From IMG/VR virus record IMGVR_UViG_2663763232_000009: a stretch of 11,394 nt of DNA; one strand, written 5' to 3'. The notes under the pieces are model-generated. The model had not been told where the DNA came from. It ran no database searches and saw only the letters and a list, made by a program, of their open reading frames with translations. Position numbers and translations under genes: made by a program. This DNA comes from a virus. Taxonomy: Duplodnaviria; Heunggongvirae; Uroviricota; Caudoviricetes. Shown one piece after another: positions 8,581-11,394 of this stretch. Position 1 is the stretch's first letter, and every line of letters begins with the position of its first letter.

Positions 8581-9416
8581 TGCAGCGTTCCTGGTTTAAT
8601 AACCGGCTTACATCAGCTAAGCAAAAGTCATTGCTCTATAAATCATTGGCTGATTTGGTTCAGTCAATGATGGACACCTTTGTTGACCCATGGTTGGAGC
8701 GAATTACCAACCGGAAGTCTATTTTCTCTATGAGCAAGGAGGATCTGGAGACCAGGACAAATGAACTTGGCCAGTTCTTTACTATCAGAACGTCGAACTC
8801 ATCTTCTGTTCCGATGTTGTTACAACAGCGTCTTGATGAGATTCACTTTAAGGGGACTGAACGCCCTATAAACCAGACAATTTACCGCGAATTTAACGGT
8901 ATTTCTGTTTTATGGGATCCGATATATGCACCGGTGGACCTTGAGCGTCATCCCTATGGCACAGTTCTAATACCAGAAAGCACACTGGAGACTACCGGCG
9001 GCACATTCGGCGAGATGTTTCTGACTTCCAGAGGGATGATCAGTATTCCCATAAACGACCTGGCCAGGACAATGGGTATTACTGGCACGATAGATCAGTC
9101 CGCAATTACAGAAGAAATTCTCAGAAAGTTTAATCAGTTCGTAAAGCCTCTACTGCCACTGCATATAGTGTTTGATGGGCTTACGCTCTATTTGTCGGTT
9201 GTTGTAAATGAACATGCCGACATGATCACTTTGAACGAGATTTCTGATACCGAAAAAGCATTCTGCTGGTTTGAAACTTCGGATACAACTTCGCTTACTG
9301 GAGTTACGTCGATTAGCGCCCCGATCACCGCAACGCCTGGTGGCACTATTGTGAAAGCGACACCTACGTTTGATCGCACACGCGCAGATGATTTGTTGCT
9401 GGATAGCGACGCCTGA
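8580..9416 (+). CDS. Baseplate / tail-fibre attachment protein (278 aa; GpI-like candidate by position)
   Basis: ATG 8580 overlaps the upstream TGA (GTGATG), with a strong GGAGGAG RBS at 8568-8574. GTG 8577 is an alternative start. Function is inferred from position between the baseplate-type gene and the fibre genes. Confidence 0.45.
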   Translation: MQRSWFNNRLTSAKQKSLLYKSLADLVQSMMDTFVDPWLERITNRKSIFSMSKEDLETRTNELGQFFTIRTSNSSSVPMLLQQRLDEIHFKGTERPINQTIYREFNGISVLWDPIYAPVDLERHPYGTVLIPESTLETTGGTFGEMFLTSRGMISIPINDLARTMGITGTIDQSAITEEILRKFNQFVKPLLPLHIVFDGLTLYLSVVVNEHADMITLNEISDTEKAFCWFETSDTTSLTGVTSISAPITATPGGTIVKATPTFDRTRADDLLLDSDA

Positions 9417-9419
9417 CAA

Positions 9420-9444
9420 TCACCCCGTCCGCAGGGCGGGGTGA
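9420..9444 (+). promoter_or_regulatory. GC-rich hairpin (TCACCCCGTCC / GGGCGGGGTGA, 3-nt loop) just after the 279-aa gene; candidate attenuator, terminator or RNA-processing site before the fibre genes
   Basis: Read directly: an 11-bp stem with one G-T wobble, starting 4 nt after the TGA at 9414-9416. It is followed by the pyrimidine-rich TTACTTCTCTT, not a clean U-tract. A second small inverted repeat, CAATG(N11)CATTG, lies at 9463-9483. Confidence 0.4.
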
Positions 9445-9494
9445 CAAGTTACTTCTCTTACAATGAGGCTTCACAACATTGATTAGGGAAAATC

Positions 9495-9929
9495 ATGTCT
9501 GACGTCTCAACAAACCTCTATAAGAGTCAGTTGTTGGACTATTACTATCAGCGGCGCGCTGAATCGTCCATTAACAAAGGCTCTCGATTTTTAATCAGCA
9601 AGGCCGTTTTCGGTACCAGTTCACTGGTTACTAAGAAAGGAGATGGCACTTATGAGATTGGAGAACTGCCAAAGGCTTTCGATCTGGCAGAACTGACCAG
9701 TCAATTTTGCACCATCAACCTCGTCCCAACCTACTCAGGCGGGATAATTACTGTCCGAATGGACCTTGATCAAAGCCAGTTGCAGGAAGGGAAAAACTAC
9801 CCATTCAACACTCTGGTTGTTCTGGATAACGAGAACAAGCCAATCGCCATTATTTGTGTCCAGGAAGACTCGCTGTATGTGGGCAAAACATATACCGCAG
9901 TTATGGCCATAAACACGACTACAGCATAA
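9495..9929 (+). CDS. Small tail-fibre-associated protein (144 aa) immediately upstream of the tail fibre gene
   Basis: ATG with an AGGGAA RBS. Its stop lies 11 nt before the fibre start. The position matches gene R of P1-type fibre operons (R-S-U), but no motif was recognised. Confidence 0.55.
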   Translation: MSDVSTNLYKSQLLDYYYQRRAESSINKGSRFLISKAVFGTSSLVTKKGDGTYEIGELPKAFDLAELTSQFCTINLVPTYSGGIITVRMDLDQSQLQEGKNYPFNTLVVLDNENKPIAIICVQEDSLYVGKTYTAVMAINTTTA

Positions 9930-9940
9930 GGATATGCTTG

Positions 9941-11394
9941 ATGAATGACGTTACAGTTGTCACATCGGTTACTTACCCATCACCCGAGTCGTTGGCTCTG
10001 GTGGCTGATGTGCAATACCACGAACCATATCTGTCAGCCGCGCTAAACCGAAAATTCAGGGGGATTGTTGACCCGGGATTTTATGCCGGTTTTTTACCTA
10101 AGCCTGGCGGTGGGATGAACCTGTTAATCACCTCAGTGGATGGTGATAAAACCGCAGGCGCGGCGTCGGTGGATATTGGTGAATTCTACCAGGTAACTAT
10201 TCAGCAACGTAAGGATATTTCTCTTGCACTTAGTGCAGGCAAGAAATATGCAATTGTGCTGAAGGGAAGATACCTCCTTGGAGAAGATACCTATCAGGTG
10301 AATACCGCGTCACATATTCATGCGGCTGAATTTGTTGCCAGAACCTATACCGATTCATATCAGTTAGGAGATGGGGAGCTGCTTGTTTGTACGGTGAATA
10401 TCCCTGCTGGTGTATCTGCTATTACCCAGGAGATGATTGATACATCCGAGCGTATCAACCGCACGATCGGCATTGATATTTCAGACTCTGTAACCAGTAC
10501 CAGAAGTGATGTTGCTGCAAGTTCGCTGGCAGTTAAAAAAGCCTACGATCTGGCGAAAAGCAAGTATACGGCGCAGGATGCAAGCACAACGCAAAAGGGA
10601 TTAGTTCAGCTCAGTAGCGCAACTAACAGCGACAGCGAAACAATGGCGGCTACCCCTAAAGCTGTTAAGTCTATAAAAGATCTGGCTGATACCAAAGCGC
10701 CAATAGAAAGCCCGAGTCTGACAGGAACGCCAACAGCGCCGACGGCAGCGCAAGGTACAAACAGCACGCAGATCGCAAATACAGCCTTTGTTAAGGCAGC
10801 TATAACTGCACTTATCAACGGTGCGCCTGGCACACTGGATACGCTGAAAGAAATAGCGGCTGCGATCAATAACGACCCGAATTACAGCACAACTATCAAC
10901 AATGCCTTGGCTCTCAAAGCGCCTTTGGCAAGCCCTGCATTAACGGGTGTCCCTACTGCGCCTACGGCTGCACAGGGCACAAACAATACGCAGATCGCTA
11001 CGACTGCTTACGTACGGGCTGCTATCTCTGCATTGGTCGGCTCATCACCTGAAGCTCTTGATACCCTGAATGAGCTTGCAGCAGCACTGGGCAATGACCC
11101 GAACTTTGCGACAACAATGACAAATGCGCTGGCAGGGAAACAGCCACTTGATGCAACTTTAACCGCGCTTGCTGGTCTTGCGACAGGCGCAAATAAATTG
11201 CCGTACTTTACCGGTACAGACACTGTTTCTCAGACTGACTTAACGTCAGTTGGTCGCGATATTCTGGCCAAAACAAGCGTTCTTGCTGTTATCCAATACC
11301 TTGGTTTGGGAGAAGCGGCAACGAGGAACGTCGGGACGGGTACCGGCCAAGTACCAGATATGAGTAGTTTTACAACGGGGCACTCTGGAGCAGC
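9941..11394 (+). CDS. S: Tail fibre protein, N-terminal and constant part (P1 S / Mu S / P2 H / lambda Stf family); 3' end beyond the window
   Basis: ATG 9941 with an AAGGA RBS. The frame is open to the end of the window (484 codons), which is why it is missing from the complete-ORF track. It has a unique N-terminal domain of about 200 aa, then the hallmark fibre motifs (TAQDASTTQKGLVQLSSATNSDSETMAATPKAVK; two copies of SPxLTGxPTAPTAAQGTNxTQIAxTAFV ... LDTLNELAAALGNDPNFATTMTNALAGKQP; then TLTALAGLAT ... RDILAKTSV ... YLGL). The symbol S assumes P1/Mu-type nomenclature. Confidence 0.85.
   Translation, partial: MNDVTVVTSVTYPSPESLALVADVQYHEPYLSAALNRKFRGIVDPGFYAGFLPKPGGGMNLLITSVDGDKTAGAASVDIGEFYQVTIQQRKDISLALSAGKKYAIVLKGRYLLGEDTYQVNTASHIHAAEFVARTYTDSYQLGDGELLVCTVNIPAGVSAITQEMIDTSERINRTIGIDISDSVTSTRSDVAASSLAVKKAYDLAKSKYTAQDASTTQKGLVQLSSATNSDSETMAATPKAVKSIKDLADTKAPIESPSLTGTPTAPTAAQGTNSTQIANTAFVKAAITALINGAPGTLDTLKEIAAAINNDPNYSTTINNALALKAPLASPALTGVPTAPTAAQGTNNTQIATTAYVRAAISALVGSSPEALDTLNELAAALGNDPNFATTMTNALAGKQPLDATLTALAGLATGANKLPYFTGTDTVSQTDLTSVGRDILAKTSVLAVIQYLGLGEAATRNVGTGTGQVPDMSSFTTGHSGA
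10694..11137 (+). repeat. Diverged tandem duplication (2 x 222 nt, 74 codons) inside the tail fibre gene: the phage tail fibre repeat
   Basis: Unit 1 at 10694-10915 and unit 2 at 10916-11137 are both in frame. They encode KAPIESPSLTGTPTAPTAAQGTNSTQIANTAFVKAAITALINGAPGTLDTLKEIAAAINNDPNYSTTINNALAL and KAPLASPALTGVPTAPTAAQGTNNTQIATTAYVRAAISALVGSSPEALDTLNELAAALGNDPNFATTMTNALAG. Confidence 0.75.
11289..11314 (+). other. Candidate site-specific DNA-inversion crossover site (gix/cix/hix-like 26-bp imperfect palindrome) inside the tail fibre gene
   Basis: Sequence TTATCCAATACC-TT-GGTTTGGGAGAA: two 12-bp half-sites around a 2-bp core. The left half matches the recalled Gin/Hin half-site consensus TTATCNAAAACC at 11 of 12 positions. 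The reverse complement (TTCTCCCAAACC AA GGTATTGGATAA) resembles recalled gixL/cix sequences. It lies at codon 450 or so of the fibre gene, where constant and variable fibre parts join in Mu/P1-type systems. Confidence 0.45.

Noticed and set aside
7749-9419. Minus-strand ORFs 7749..7982, 7924..8109, 8136..8417, 9150..9419 and 9188..9379
   Set aside because: They are embedded antisense in the translationally coupled baseplate genes, with no start signals, and are most likely spurious.
10694-11137. Possible CRISPR array or other non-coding repeat array
   Set aside because: The only repeated sequence is a two-unit, in-frame, diverged 222-nt duplication inside the tail fibre ORF. There are no short direct repeats with unique spacers, so this is not CRISPR.
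10606-11223. Minus-strand ORFs 10606..10869 and 11008..11223 inside the tail fibre gene
   Set aside because: They are antisense to the fibre repeat region. Their Ala-rich translations are the expected mirror of the Ala/Thr-rich fibre repeats. Spurious.

Overview
Most of this window (about 1091-11394) reads as a phage tail-morphogenesis operon on the + strand, preceded by an AT-rich, moron-like gene for a secreted protein that ends in a clean intrinsic terminator. The tail operon encodes: a 188-aa protein of unknown function; a contractile-tail tube-like protein; a Cys-rich 293-aa protein at the chaperone position; a 1130-aa tape measure protein with an embedded lytic transglycosylase (SLT) domain; three translationally coupled baseplate-type genes; a 144-aa protein; and the 5' 484 codons of a tail fibre gene carrying the lambda Stf / P2 H / Mu S / P1 S type repeat. 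No sheath gene sits next to the tube gene. That, plus the ~1130-aa SLT-containing tape measure and the fibre architecture, is what I would expect from a P1-like (Punavirus-like) myophage or prophage, but this rests on recall and synteny, not a search. The most interesting points are a 26-bp Gin/Cin/Hin-type crossover-site-like imperfect palindrome inside the tail fibre gene, a perfect 11-bp inverted repeat that overlaps the ribosome-binding site of the first tail gene, a G5 homopolymer where the chaperone-position gene changes frame, and the AT-rich secreted-protein gene (candidate superinfection-exclusion or lysogenic-conversion function). I see no rRNA, tRNA, CRISPR array or transposase. All functional calls are from motif recognition and gene order by eye; no database search was possible.
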